The translations under genes were made by a program, and so were the position numbers. From an uncultured Anaerolineaceae bacterium (GTDB lineage: Bacteria > Chloroflexota > Anaerolineae > Aggregatilineales > Aggregatilineaceae), in assembly GCA_964611395.1 (NCBI GenBank), contig CAZSXY010000002.1, forward strand, positions 1,682 to 65,681: a stretch of 64,000 bases of DNA, in the 5' to 3' direction. The notes under the pieces are model-generated. The model did not search any database. It saw nothing but the letters and a program-made list of their open reading frames with translations, and was not told the origin of the DNA. Positions 29,507-38,694 of this stretch are shown piece by piece (the stretch's first letter is position 1; every line of letters starts with the position of its first letter).

Positions 29507-29746
29507 ATGGCCCAACGTAATCGCGGGCGACTGGACTCGTTGCTGGAAGCATTGCAAGAGTTAGTGAATGACTGGCAGGAAATCGCGGTGGAGTTACGCG
29601 CGCGTGCCGACCGGCGCGCACGCAACGACCTTGAGACCGGTTACATGTACGGGCTTGCCGACGGCTATGAACGCAACGCGAAGAAAATCACCCACCTCAT
29701 CACAACCCAGGAGCCCCAGCGCGACCCAAATCCTGCCCCGGAATGA
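29507..29746 (+). CDS. Small hypothetical helical protein (79 aa)
   Basis: ATG preceded by GGGGGA. It is the only ORF in the gap between the two convergent giant genes. No recognisable family. Confidence 0.35.
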   Translation: MAQRNRGRLDSLLEALQELVNDWQEIAVELRARADRRARNDLETGYMYGLADGYERNAKKITHLITTQEPQRDPNPAPE

Positions 29747-29765
29747 TAACTCCGCATACAAAAAA

Positions 29766-29790
29766 CCGGCCCGTAAGCCAGTTCTTGTTT
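29766..29790. terminator. Weak bidirectional hairpin terminator
   Basis: CCGGC-ccgtaa-GCCAG hairpin flanked by AAAAAA upstream and TTCTTGTTTT downstream. Lies between the two convergent stop codons. Confidence 0.3.
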
Positions 29791-29834
29791 TCCATTAAAA
29801 TCGCCATCAAGGCCGATACCGGTGCACTTGCAGG

Positions 29835-32800
29835 CTATGCGTCTTCGATCTGCACTCCGTTGAGCCAGTAGGAACCACCCACACTCGCCGCCGGGTCGCT
29901 GAGCACCACCCGGAAGCGCAACCGGATCACCTGCCCCTGATAGGCGTTCAAGCTGACAGTGCGCTGCGCCCAAACAGTGACCAACCCCACCTGCTGATCA
30001 ATCGTCACCCAGGAAGCACCACCGTCCACACTGACATCGATCGCGATCGTATCACCGGGCAACAAGTCGCCCTTCTGCATGAAGCTGAGTTGCTGCAACA
30101 CGCTGGCATCGAGTGCGAGGAATCCGTTGTATTCTAGCGTACTCACCGCCACCTGACCGTTTGGCGCCAACACCCAGGACGTTGTCGCCGCATCATAAGT
30201 CCAGTCTCCGCTCGCCAGCCAACTCGATTCGTCCCCCGATAGATCGCTGGCAGGCACAGGGGTTGTGGTCGCAAGTGGCATCGATAGCGTTTCAGCGCTT
30301 GAGGATGTTGTCTCCGCAGCGGAATCAAGCTCAATGACAAGCTCCGGCGGGTTCACTGTTGACTCTTTGCTGTAGTAGAACACGCTGTTCGTCGACGCGC
30401 TATTCAGCCCAAAGCTGTAAATGCCATCACCACTGATCGCGCCGGTCACATCAAACTCGACCCAGGTGTCAATGACGGCCTCGCCCACCGCATCCAGCGC
30501 TGATCCGCCGATCACAGGCGCGTTATTCCACGTGATCCCCATTTCAGACCAAGCGCCGCCGGTCGCGTAATCGTTCGAGACCAGGTAAATCGACCCACCA
30601 TCCGGGCTGCCGTCATACGCATACATGCGCAACGTGGCCTTCGTCACCGTTCCACCCAGCCCCGTGATATTGAATTTCAAGAAGGTACGATACTCGCGTG
30701 TGTCTGTCAGCCGCAGCCGCAAATACGTCGAGTCGCCATAGTTCGAGGTCGGGCTGGACGAAGACACCCGCGCGTCATCACTGGGCGCAAAGATCATCTC
30801 CGCCGGTGGCGGCGGCGTGAAGGTCGGCGTTGGTGTTGGTGTGCTGGTAAACGTTGCCGTCAGCGTCGGCGTATCCGTCACTACCGGTGTGTCCGAGGGC
30901 GTTGGCGTCTCGGTCGGAGACGGCGTCTCGGTGGGTGTGTCCGTCACCGTTGGTGTAAACGTCTCGGTCGGCGTGTCGGTTGGCGTGAACGTCTCCGTTG
31001 GTGTAAACGTCTCGGTCGGCGTGAAGGTCGCCGTCGGAGTCTGCGTCTCGGTCGGTGTGTCTGTCACCGTTGGCGTAAAGGTATCCGTCGGAAGCGGTGT
31101 ATTGGTAGGTGGCGGACCAGCATCCACCTCAAGAACCAGCTCCGGCGGGTTCACAGCCGATTCTTTGCTGTAGTAGAGCACGCTGTTCGTCGACGTGCTA
31201 TTCAACCCAAAGCTGTAGATGCCGTCACCGCTGATCGCGCCGGTCACATCGAACTCTACCCAGACATCGGCACCGACCGCGCCTACGGAATCCAGCGCTG
31301 TCCCGCCGATCGCAGGCGCGTTGTTCCACGTGATCCCCATTTCAGACCATGCGCCACCGGTCGCGTAATCGTTCGAGACCAGGTAAATCGTGCCGCCGTC
31401 TTTGCTGCCGTCATATGCGTACATGCGTAACGTGGCCTTCGTCACCGTTCCGCCTACGCCGCTCACCGCAAATTTCAGGAACGTGCGGTATTCGCGCGTG
31501 GAAGTCAGCCGCAGCCGCAGATATGTCGAGTCGCCGTAATTCGAATCCGGGCTGGACGAATACACTCGCGCGTCATCGCTGGGCGCAAAGATCATCTCCG
31601 CCGGTGGCAGCGGTGTAAATGTTGCCGTTGGCGTGAAGGTGAAGGTCGGCGTGGGCGTTTCGGTGGGCGTATCCGTCACTATTGGCGTGTCCGTCGGTGT
31701 GAAGGTCGCCGTAAACGTCGGCGTGTCAGTGGGCGTCGGCGTGTCGGTCGGCGTAAGTGTCTCCGTCGGAGTCTGCGTCTCGGTGGGCGTATCCGTCACC
31801 GTCGGCGTGTCCGTAGACGTAGGCGTTTCGGTCGGCGTATCCGTCACCGTCGGAGTCAGCGTTTCGGTGGGCGTATCTGTCACCGTCGGCGTGTCCGTTG
31901 GTGTATCTGTCGGCGTAAACGTCGGCGTAAAAGTATCGGTCGGAAGCGGTGTATTGGTCGGCGTCGGGCCAACTTCCACCTCAAGAACCAGTTCCGGCGG
32001 GTTCACAGCAGACTCTTTGCTGTAGTAGAATACGCTGTTCGTCGATGTGCTATTCAGCCCAAAGCTGTAGGTGCCATCACCGCTGATCGCTGCGGACACA
32101 TCGAACTCAACCCAGGTGTCAATCACGGCTTCGCCCGCCGCATCCAGCGCCGATCCGCCGATCGCGGGCGCGTTGTTCCAGGTGATCCCCAGTTCAGACC
32201 ATGCGCCACCGGTCGCGTAATCATTGGAGACCAGGTAAATTGTGCCGCCGTCCGGGCTGCCATCATACGCATACATGCGCAACGTGGCCTTCGTCACCGG
32301 CCCGCCCAGCCCGCTCACAACGAACTTGAGGAAACTCCGATATGCCCCGGTATCGGTCAAGCGCAGCCTCAGGTACGTCGCATCACCATAGTTTGAATCG
32401 GGATTTGCTATGTAAACACGCGCGTCATCGCTGGGTGATATGGTCACAATGGCCGGCGGTAATGGCGTATTAGTAAACGTTGCCGTCGGCGTTGGCGTAT
32501 CCGACGGCGTTGGGGTATCGGATGGTGTTGGCGTGTCCGAGGGCGTGGGCGTGTCCGATGGTGTCGGCGTGATGGATGGGGTCAACGTGTCCGTTGGCGT
32601 TGGCGTGATCGATGGCGTGAGCGTTTCAGTGGGCGTGTCCGTCACCGTCGGCGTATAGGTGAACGTAGGCGTCGGTGTCGGCGGCCCTCCCGACAACGTC
32701 AGGTAATTATGGTAATAAAACTCCGTCGAACTATTCGACGCGACTACGACGATGCCTGTCGTGCCGTCAACATTCTGTTTGGTGGACGCCGGATTATTGG

Positions 32801-33968
32801 TCTTGACCGTCGAGGAGCTGCTGATGAAAACATCGCCTTTGCCCGGAGGGAACGCAATAGTATTGATGTCTGATGACTTGTGATAAATCGCGCCGCCACT
32901 TTGCCCCGATGTCGCAAACATGTGGATCATGCCGTTTGCCTCATCGAGCAACACAATGGGGCGCGTATGGCTATCATCCCCCGTGCCAAATGTATAGGTT
33001 GACCACCCGCCCAGCGCCCCGCGCACGTGCAAAACCACAAGCGGGTCGCTGCCCGTATGTCCTGTCTTGCCGGCGACAAACAATCGCCCGGAGCTATCAG
33101 CTTTGAGATTAAGGTGATCGTCGGTCTCCCCGCTCCCCTGAACGATCACTTCCTGCTGCCAGGTCGTGTCTGGGTCTCCATCCTGGTGGATCGCCAGGTA
33201 CGACGCCGAGTCATTCTGGTTACTCCACACAACGCCGATCTTGTTTCCCTGGAACGCAATAACGGCGGCTATGTCGTCGCTCGACACGTTATCAGCCCCG
33301 GTCGGAACCGGCAAAACATACGACGTGCCCCACGTCGCATCGTCAGATAGGCTGTGGTTCACCATCACCTTGCGGCTTTCAACATAGGCGATCCACAACG
33401 TACCGGATGAATCTTTGGCAATGGTCAGCGTTTCCGACTTGCCCTGAGTTATCGTAACCGGGAAACCGGGGTCGAGGCTATATTGCTGAGTTGAACTGTT
33501 ATAACTGTACCGGTAAAGGCGGCCCCAGTTCGAGGCGGAAGAAGTTGGCGCTGCACTTGTGGTGAAGACATGCGAAACGAGATACAGCTTCTGGCTCGCA
33601 GCGTCCCACAGCACATCCCCCTTGGTTCCACCCCGGTCGTCCAGCGCCGTGCCGGTGTCAATCCAGGTTTGCGTAAACGGGTCCAGACGATAAATGCGGT
33701 ACTCGTCAGCGGCCTCGTTGAACAGATCGCCCCACCAGAACCCATCATTCCACCACAGCTTGCTTTCCGGTTTTTCACCCGTTGGCGTTGAGTTTACTGA
33801 ACTACCGTAGCTGAAATCAACATAACCGACATCGCCTTCTTGGGCCAATGTCGGTGTTTGTGACCATAGCGATGTGCTACCGGCTACCGCAACGGTAGCC
33901 AATATGACAATTAGCCACAGACGCACACTTCTATGGCCAAGAATTCGACGTCGATTCGGAAAAACCAC
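29835..33968 (-). CDS. Giant secreted multidomain protein: beta-propeller/sialidase-like N-domain, 3 DNRLRE/CBM96-like domains, MAM-like C-domain, Pro/Thr/Asp linkers
   Basis: Signal-like N-terminus. Three repeats of [23 protein letters not shown] ... ELVLEV. The C-terminal domain is homologous to that of 24924-29276. Confidence 0.8.
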   Translation of the reverse strand: MVFPNRRRILGHRSVRLWLIVILATVAVAGSTSLWSQTPTLAQEGDVGYVDFSYGSSVNSTPTGEKPESKLWWNDGFWWGDLFNEAADEYRIYRLDPFTQTWIDTGTALDDRGGTKGDVLWDAASQKLYLVSHVFTTSAAPTSSASNWGRLYRYSYNSSTQQYSLDPGFPVTITQGKSETLTIAKDSSGTLWIAYVESRKVMVNHSLSDDATWGTSYVLPVPTGADNVSSDDIAAVIAFQGNKIGVVWSNQNDSASYLAIHQDGDPDTTWQQEVIVQGSGETDDHLNLKADSSGRLFVAGKTGHTGSDPLVVLHVRGALGGWSTYTFGTGDDSHTRPIVLLDEANGMIHMFATSGQSGGAIYHKSSDINTIAFPPGKGDVFISSSSTVKTNNPASTKQNVDGTTGIVVVASNSSTEFYYHNYLTLSGGPPTPTPTFTYTPTVTDTPTETLTPSITPTPTDTLTPSITPTPSDTPTPSDTPTPSDTPTPSDTPTPTATFTNTPLPPAIVTISPSDDARVYIANPDSNYGDATYLRLRLTDTGAYRSFLKFVVSGLGGPVTKATLRMYAYDGSPDGGTIYLVSNDYATGGAWSELGITWNNAPAIGGSALDAAGEAVIDTWVEFDVSAAISGDGTYSFGLNSTSTNSVFYYSKESAVNPPELVLEVEVGPTPTNTPLPTDTFTPTFTPTDTPTDTPTVTDTPTETLTPTVTDTPTETPTSTDTPTVTDTPTETQTPTETLTPTDTPTPTDTPTFTATFTPTDTPIVTDTPTETPTPTFTFTPTATFTPLPPAEMIFAPSDDARVYSSSPDSNYGDSTYLRLRLTSTREYRTFLKFAVSGVGGTVTKATLRMYAYDGSKDGGTIYLVSNDYATGGAWSEMGITWNNAPAIGGTALDSVGAVGADVWVEFDVTGAISGDGIYSFGLNSTSTNSVLYYSKESAVNPPELVLEVDAGPPPTNTPLPTDTFTPTVTDTPTETQTPTATFTPTETFTPTETFTPTDTPTETFTPTVTDTPTETPSPTETPTPSDTPVVTDTPTLTATFTSTPTPTPTFTPPPPAEMIFAPSDDARVSSSSPTSNYGDSTYLRLRLTDTREYRTFLKFNITGLGGTVTKATLRMYAYDGSPDGGSIYLVSNDYATGGAWSEMGITWNNAPVIGGSALDAVGEAVIDTWVEFDVTGAISGDGIYSFGLNSASTNSVFYYSKESTVNPPELVIELDSAAETTSSSAETLSMPLATTTPVPASDLSGDESSWLASGDWTYDAATTSWVLAPNGQVAVSTLEYNGFLALDASVLQQLSFMQKGDLLPGDTIAIDVSVDGGASWVTIDQQVGLVTVWAQRTVSLNAYQGQVIRLRFRVVLSDPAASVGGSYWLNGVQIEDA
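30331..32462 (-). repeat. Three tandem ~0.8-kb intragenic repeat units (DNRLRE domain plus PT linker)
   Basis: Domain-coding blocks at ~30331-30815, ~31121-31612 and ~31968-32462 align at DNA level with few mismatches. For example, tccggcgggttcac...ctttgctgtagtag recurs at 30342, 31141 and 31992. Confidence 0.85.
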
Positions 33969-34205
33969 TTCAGCTCCCAGAAACCATACAAGCAGTTACA
34001 GTTACGCCAAAAAGGTCACCGAACCGCCCCGGCTTATATTACTAGCCCGCTTGTTAGAGTTGCGATCACATTATCATTGACACGACGTGACCATACTATA
34101 CCACATCACAGGGATAAAAAACTGTAAAAATTCCTTCACATTGGATATACGGTACATTCAACCTTCGTTTAACCTGGCCTATGTCGCAGGCAGGCTAATA
34201 GAGCT

Positions 34206-34817
34206 TTATCCTCCGGTGTCGTTTGTCTCCCCAAATTGTTGCGCGACGCCCCTGGTGTCATAGGCAATCCAGGCTTCGGCGATCTTTCCATCCTCACCGA
34301 AACGATGAATGACCGTAAAAACCAGGTCAAGCACTTCCCCTGTCGGCGGAAAATCGTAAAACTCACTGGCAAACGTGCCGCGCAGGCGGGCGCGTACGGC
34401 CACAAACTGCCCCTCGGCGATCACGATCTCCGGCGTAACAACCAGGTCGGGAACGGCCCTGCGCAACAGCAAAATTACTTCCGCATAGTCCGTCAGCGTT
34501 AAATCCTCGCGATCAACCACGCTATCCGGCAAATGCCCGACAAAATCAGCCGCGTAAACCCCGGCTAACATGTCCTGGTCACCGGCATTGAACGCGTCGT
34601 CGATCACACGCTGTATGACCTCTTTGTAGACCGACAGTTCCTCCGCGCTGGCGGTGCCAACTGCCTGCGTAGGCACGGCTGTCGGCAACAACGGCGGGCC
34701 GGTTGACGCCGCTACTGGTGTTGAATCAGAATTGGGTGCGACCAGCAAACCGATTACAAGACCTCCCACAACCAACAAAACCGCCACGATCCCTGTAACA
34801 AACCATTTCCGTTGCAT
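34206..34817 (-). CDS. Membrane-anchored SnoaL-like (ester cyclase/NTF2-like) protein
   Basis: N-terminal TM helix, Pro-rich linker, then a ~130-aa block with an ester-cyclase-like pattern (VIDDAFNAGD...YAADFVGH...GKIAEAWIAYD). Confidence 0.5.
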   Translation of the reverse strand: MQRKWFVTGIVAVLLVVGGLVIGLLVAPNSDSTPVAASTGPPLLPTAVPTQAVGTASAEELSVYKEVIQRVIDDAFNAGDQDMLAGVYAADFVGHLPDSVVDREDLTLTDYAEVILLLRRAVPDLVVTPEIVIAEGQFVAVRARLRGTFASEFYDFPPTGEVLDLVFTVIHRFGEDGKIAEAWIAYDTRGVAQQFGETNDTGG

Positions 34818-34872
34818 GGCCCTACTCCTTTTGTCCTTCTATCCCTCTACAATGTCCAGCACGCCCCAATTC

Positions 34873-36555
34873 TTATTGTGAAGATACAACCGGTAACAAT
34901 GACAAATCGCCGTTAGGAGCCAGCAGAAACGCCGCTATCCAGCCGGTATAGCGGGCATTCTGCACCTGTATCCACTCGCCATCCGCTGAACGCCCAATCG
35001 CCGCCAGACTATCGCCGTTCCCCAGCGTTGCAATGACCGCAAAATTTCTGCTGGGGCCGCTGCGCATATAGATGCCACCGCTAGTATACACGGTGACCAG
35101 TAGTTGATCGTCAAGCATGTAATCAAACGGCGCATTTGTGAGCGCCAGCAAAGCACGCAACACCTGCCCCAGACAGTCCTCCGATCCCGGTGCACCGGGC
35201 AATTCAATGCATACCTCGCTAAATGCCAGATCAACGCCAAACACCCGGCGAGGCAAACGAAGCTCGATCACGTCACCAACTGCCATTCGCGCATCGGGGA
35301 CGAAGAATGCTTCGCCCGTTTCACTGACGCTGATCGTCTCGCGTGTGGTCACCTTAATCTGCCGGTCTGCCCGGCCATCCCGGTTAGTATCCAGAGCGAG
35401 CTTGATCTCAACGGCGGAATCAGGACGCATCCGCGTGCGCACCAGCAGGTAGACATACAGGTCATCCGCAAACGCGGATGCTACCTGCAAGTCCGGGCTG
35501 GCGACTTCTGCATCGACGGCATCAAAGACGGCGGTCACACTACGGGCGGCCCAATCATCGCCCTTGCCATCGACCGCCAGCCAGGTGAACCCCCTGGGCA
35601 ACGCCGGCCACGCTTCGGGCGGAGACCCCAGCAGCCAGGCCGCGATTCGCTCAGCCAGGATTCGATTGCCAGGGTAGCGGGGTGACAGCCCATCGCGCGC
35701 CAGCCCGTAGCCATTCTGCAACAACTCCGAATCGCCCAGGAGCACGATCCGCGCGCCGGTGTTGGTGCTGATCGCCTGCGCACCGATGTTCAGCCGCCCG
35801 CGGGCATCCAGGTGTGCTTCAAATTCCAGGTGGCCTATCGCCTCGTCACTGCGCGTCCGGAAGAGATCCTCGCCCGTCTCGCCATACGCCGTATCGGTAT
35901 ACAGCAACGGGGCGGCCTCGCTGCCCAACCCCAATGGCTCAACGGTCATATGTCGCGCTCCCCAGACCCACACAGGGAGATCGAAGCGCCGCAATGGGGC
36001 AGCAATTGGCTCGGAAACAACGTCAGCAAACGCCAGCCCGTAAGTCGTATCGAGACTCTGGATCGTCTCGATTGAAGACCAGGGTTCTGCGAGGAACGTG
36101 TCAAATACCTTGAGGCCAAAGTCGGCCTCGATCAGCTTGGCCAGCCCACTCCGGTTATAGCGCGGTTTGACATTCTTCGTGCCAAGAAAGAAGTTTTCCG
36201 GATCAATGGCCAGCAACAGGTTATTGCCGCGAGCCAGATGCGCCCACAAGTACCCCACCTGGGGCAACTTGAGACTGCGCATCGGGCGCACCAGAACGAC
36301 CACATCCGCATCAGAGGGCAAGGGCGACTCCAACCGGTCAAACTGAACGCGTGCGCCTTGCGCGCGGAATATTCCGGCGAGTTGGCTGATCCCCGACGGG
36401 CCGATATTGGTCATCGCCGCCGAATCAAACGGGCGACTCCCCTCGATGATCACGACCAGGGGCTGTCCACCGGTTTGCGCCCGGCTGAAAGGTAGCCCTG
36501 TACCCAGCAGCACCAGAACCACCAACCCAAAAGCTAACAAGCGAAACCTGTTCAT
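34873..36555 (-). CDS. Secreted GldG/DUF4350-like protein with C-terminal SH3b domain
   Basis: Signal peptide. The N-terminal part is paralogous to 36566-37630. The C-terminus (YMRSGPSRNFAVIATLGNGDSLAAIGRSADGEWIQVQNARYTGWIA) is SH3_3-like. Confidence 0.5.
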   Translation of the reverse strand: MNRFRLLAFGLVVLVLLGTGLPFSRAQTGGQPLVVIIEGSRPFDSAAMTNIGPSGISQLAGIFRAQGARVQFDRLESPLPSDADVVVLVRPMRSLKLPQVGYLWAHLARGNNLLLAIDPENFFLGTKNVKPRYNRSGLAKLIEADFGLKVFDTFLAEPWSSIETIQSLDTTYGLAFADVVSEPIAAPLRRFDLPVWVWGARHMTVEPLGLGSEAAPLLYTDTAYGETGEDLFRTRSDEAIGHLEFEAHLDARGRLNIGAQAISTNTGARIVLLGDSELLQNGYGLARDGLSPRYPGNRILAERIAAWLLGSPPEAWPALPRGFTWLAVDGKGDDWAARSVTAVFDAVDAEVASPDLQVASAFADDLYVYLLVRTRMRPDSAVEIKLALDTNRDGRADRQIKVTTRETISVSETGEAFFVPDARMAVGDVIELRLPRRVFGVDLAFSEVCIELPGAPGSEDCLGQVLRALLALTNAPFDYMLDDQLLVTVYTSGGIYMRSGPSRNFAVIATLGNGDSLAAIGRSADGEWIQVQNARYTGWIAAFLLAPNGDLSLLPVVSSQ

Positions 36556-36565
36556 TGATCGGCGC

Positions 36566-37630
36566 TTATTCTTCTACGACAGGCGTGCTGGTAATCGGAA
36601 CCGGCGTTGAAAGCGGCAGCGGGGTTGCCGTTGGCCCCGGTGTCGGGAAAGTTAGCTGAGCGGTCGATGATGGGTCCGCGCCGACCAACCACGCCACGCT
36701 TTGCAACAAGAATTGCACGTTGCCGCGATACAGGAAACCGGCAGAATTGGGCGGTGATGTCTGCAGGCCGCCGCCGTTTGTGGCGAATTCACGGTCGCCA
36801 ATGATCACCAGACGAGTACCCGCCACCGGGTCTTCTGCTGCAACAGCCAGCGCCAGGAACTCATAAGGCGTGTCAATCCCGGCATCGAATTGAACTTCTC
36901 CGACCTGCAAAAAATCGATATAGGCCATCTCGCCGTAAAATGCATCGTCAGAAAAGAGCAGAGGCGTCGTCTCAAAGTTCTGCACCGAGGCATCGTATTC
37001 GATCGAACGTGCACCAAAAAATGCAATGTCCCCCTCCAGCCCGGTCGTAATGGGATGTGTTGCGTCAATGCGCCCTGCCATAAAATCGATGATCAAGTTC
37101 TCATCTCTCACGTTCCTGACGACAACATCATCACGAGCGCGCACGCCATAATCGGCCCACGTCAGAACAAACAGGCCCTTGCCGGACTTGAACGCCTTGT
37201 TAGCCTCGACGATGATGTTGCCCTCGTCGCTTGTGGAATGCGTCAGTGGGTCAGTCAGTAGCAACAACGATCCGCCACTTCTGAGGTATGCCCACAGGCG
37301 GGCGCTCTGGTCGTCGCCCAGGGCTTTCGTCGGACCAACGATGATGACAAGATCGGCTTCCGCCGGAACATCACGCCGCCAGTCCAATGTGTGAATCTCC
37401 GCGCCAAGGCTCTGCAACAACCCCGCCAGGCGGGACACGCCATCAACAGACCGGTCGAAGGGACTGGCTTCCTTGTTATCCTCGGTGAAATATATCTGGT
37501 ATCCGTCCAGCCGGGGAACCTCCTGGCGCAAAGCACCCGCCCAACTAGACGATGCAGAAAATGCGATGATAGCCATCAAGATGACAACCACGACGATCTG
37601 TCCGAAATGTAAGCCTGTTATGCGTCTCAT
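36566..37630 (-). CDS. Secreted/anchored GldG/DUF4350-like protein
   Basis: N-terminal TM/signal. Blocks ADLVIIVGP, LRSGGSLLLLTDP and RLVIIGDREFATN are typical of the GldG/DUF4350 layout. ATG 37630 has an AAGGAAAA RBS. Confidence 0.5.
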   Translation of the reverse strand: MRRITGLHFGQIVVVVILMAIIAFSASSSWAGALRQEVPRLDGYQIYFTEDNKEASPFDRSVDGVSRLAGLLQSLGAEIHTLDWRRDVPAEADLVIIVGPTKALGDDQSARLWAYLRSGGSLLLLTDPLTHSTSDEGNIIVEANKAFKSGKGLFVLTWADYGVRARDDVVVRNVRDENLIIDFMAGRIDATHPITTGLEGDIAFFGARSIEYDASVQNFETTPLLFSDDAFYGEMAYIDFLQVGEVQFDAGIDTPYEFLALAVAAEDPVAGTRLVIIGDREFATNGGGLQTSPPNSAGFLYRGNVQFLLQSVAWLVGADPSSTAQLTFPTPGPTATPLPLSTPVPITSTPVVEE

Positions 37631-37683
37631 GAGTTTTCCTTTTTTTTGCCTAACTTCCCCCAAACGAATGAACCATCCCCGGC

Positions 37684-38694
37684 TCACCGCGCGCGCTGAC
37701 CGGTGAAGCGAGCCATCACCGGCATCATCTGAGCACGCAGCGCCGCCAGAGGCGTTTGACTCCCGACATTGATCCGGCGCAACAGCAGCGGATTGGCCGT
37801 GCGCATGTCGTTCACGCCGCGTTCGGTGGTGAACGCGAGCGCAAACCCGTCCTCGCCAAACGCCTGGGCCACGCGCCCATCCACGCCACCGCTTGGATAG
37901 GCGAATAGCGGCAAGACATCGCCAATTTCACGCTCAAGATCGCGCAGCGAACCCACCGCCTCGGCTACCGCGCGTTCCAGCGAGACCCGATTCACCAGCG
38001 GGTGTGTCTGCGTGTGAGCGCCCAGGGTCACGCCCTCTCGCGCCAGCCAACGCAAATCATCCCAGCCCAAGACCACCGGTTCCTGATGCGAGTTCCCCTC
38101 ACCGCACGTCGTATCAATCCAGGCCATCGCCTCATCATGATCCAGGGTCTTAACATACATTCTAAGCTGTTTGAACAACTTGCGCCGCTGCATTGGCGTC
38201 CCCAGCGCATAGCGCCCCGACGGTGTATCAAGATGCGCCCGTGTGGGATCACTTAGCACCTGAAACAGGCGATCCCACCAAAACCCTCGCTCCGGATGGT
38301 CGGGGTATGCCGTCGCCACAAACAACGTCACCGGCAAACCAAGCCGCTTGAGAACCGGCCATGCATGGTCGGCGAAATCACAGTACGCGTCGTCAAACGT
38401 AATCATGACGGCACGCGGCGGCAGTGGAACCTGCGCCACAACGGCATCGAGCACCTCTTGCGCCGATACAACATGCGCGTGCTTTGCCAGGAACTGCATG
38501 TGTTCGGCGAATACCGCCGGAGTCGCGCTCAACAAGGCGGGACTGAGATGCGGGCGGTGGTCTGGCTCATCGACGCGGTGGTAGGTCAAAACGGCCAACA
38601 CCCCGCCCCGGTTCCGGTCGAGCCGTTCGAGCATCGCCACAAGGTACGCGAATGGCACGCTGTGCATCGCCGCGATGAGCGTTCGCCTGATCAC
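37684..38694 (-). CDS. Polysaccharide deacetylase (NodB homology domain)
   Basis: Motifs VMITFDDAY, GAHTQTHP and LFAYPSG. GTGA overlap with the upstream ATP-grasp gene. Confidence 0.8.
   Translation of the reverse strand: MIRRTLIAAMHSVPFAYLVAMLERLDRNRGGVLAVLTYHRVDEPDHRPHLSPALLSATPAVFAEHMQFLAKHAHVVSAQEVLDAVVAQVPLPPRAVMITFDDAYCDFADHAWPVLKRLGLPVTLFVATAYPDHPERGFWWDRLFQVLSDPTRAHLDTPSGRYALGTPMQRRKLFKQLRMYVKTLDHDEAMAWIDTTCGEGNSHQEPVVLGWDDLRWLAREGVTLGAHTQTHPLVNRVSLERAVAEAVGSLRDLEREIGDVLPLFAYPSGGVDGRVAQAFGEDGFALAFTTERGVNDMRTANPLLLRRINVGSQTPLAALRAQMMPVMARFTGQRAR

Noticed and set aside
30817-32658. Plus-strand ORFs 30817-31173, 31633-32025 and 32440-32658 encoding VGV/SVG-rich peptides. Similar minus-strand ORFs occur at 26270-26521, 27098-27295, 27746-28162 and 28946-29227.
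   Set aside because: They are the antisense reading of Pro/Thr-linker coding DNA (ACN/CCN codons read as GTN/GGN) inside the two giant genes. They have no independent start context and are low-complexity artefacts.
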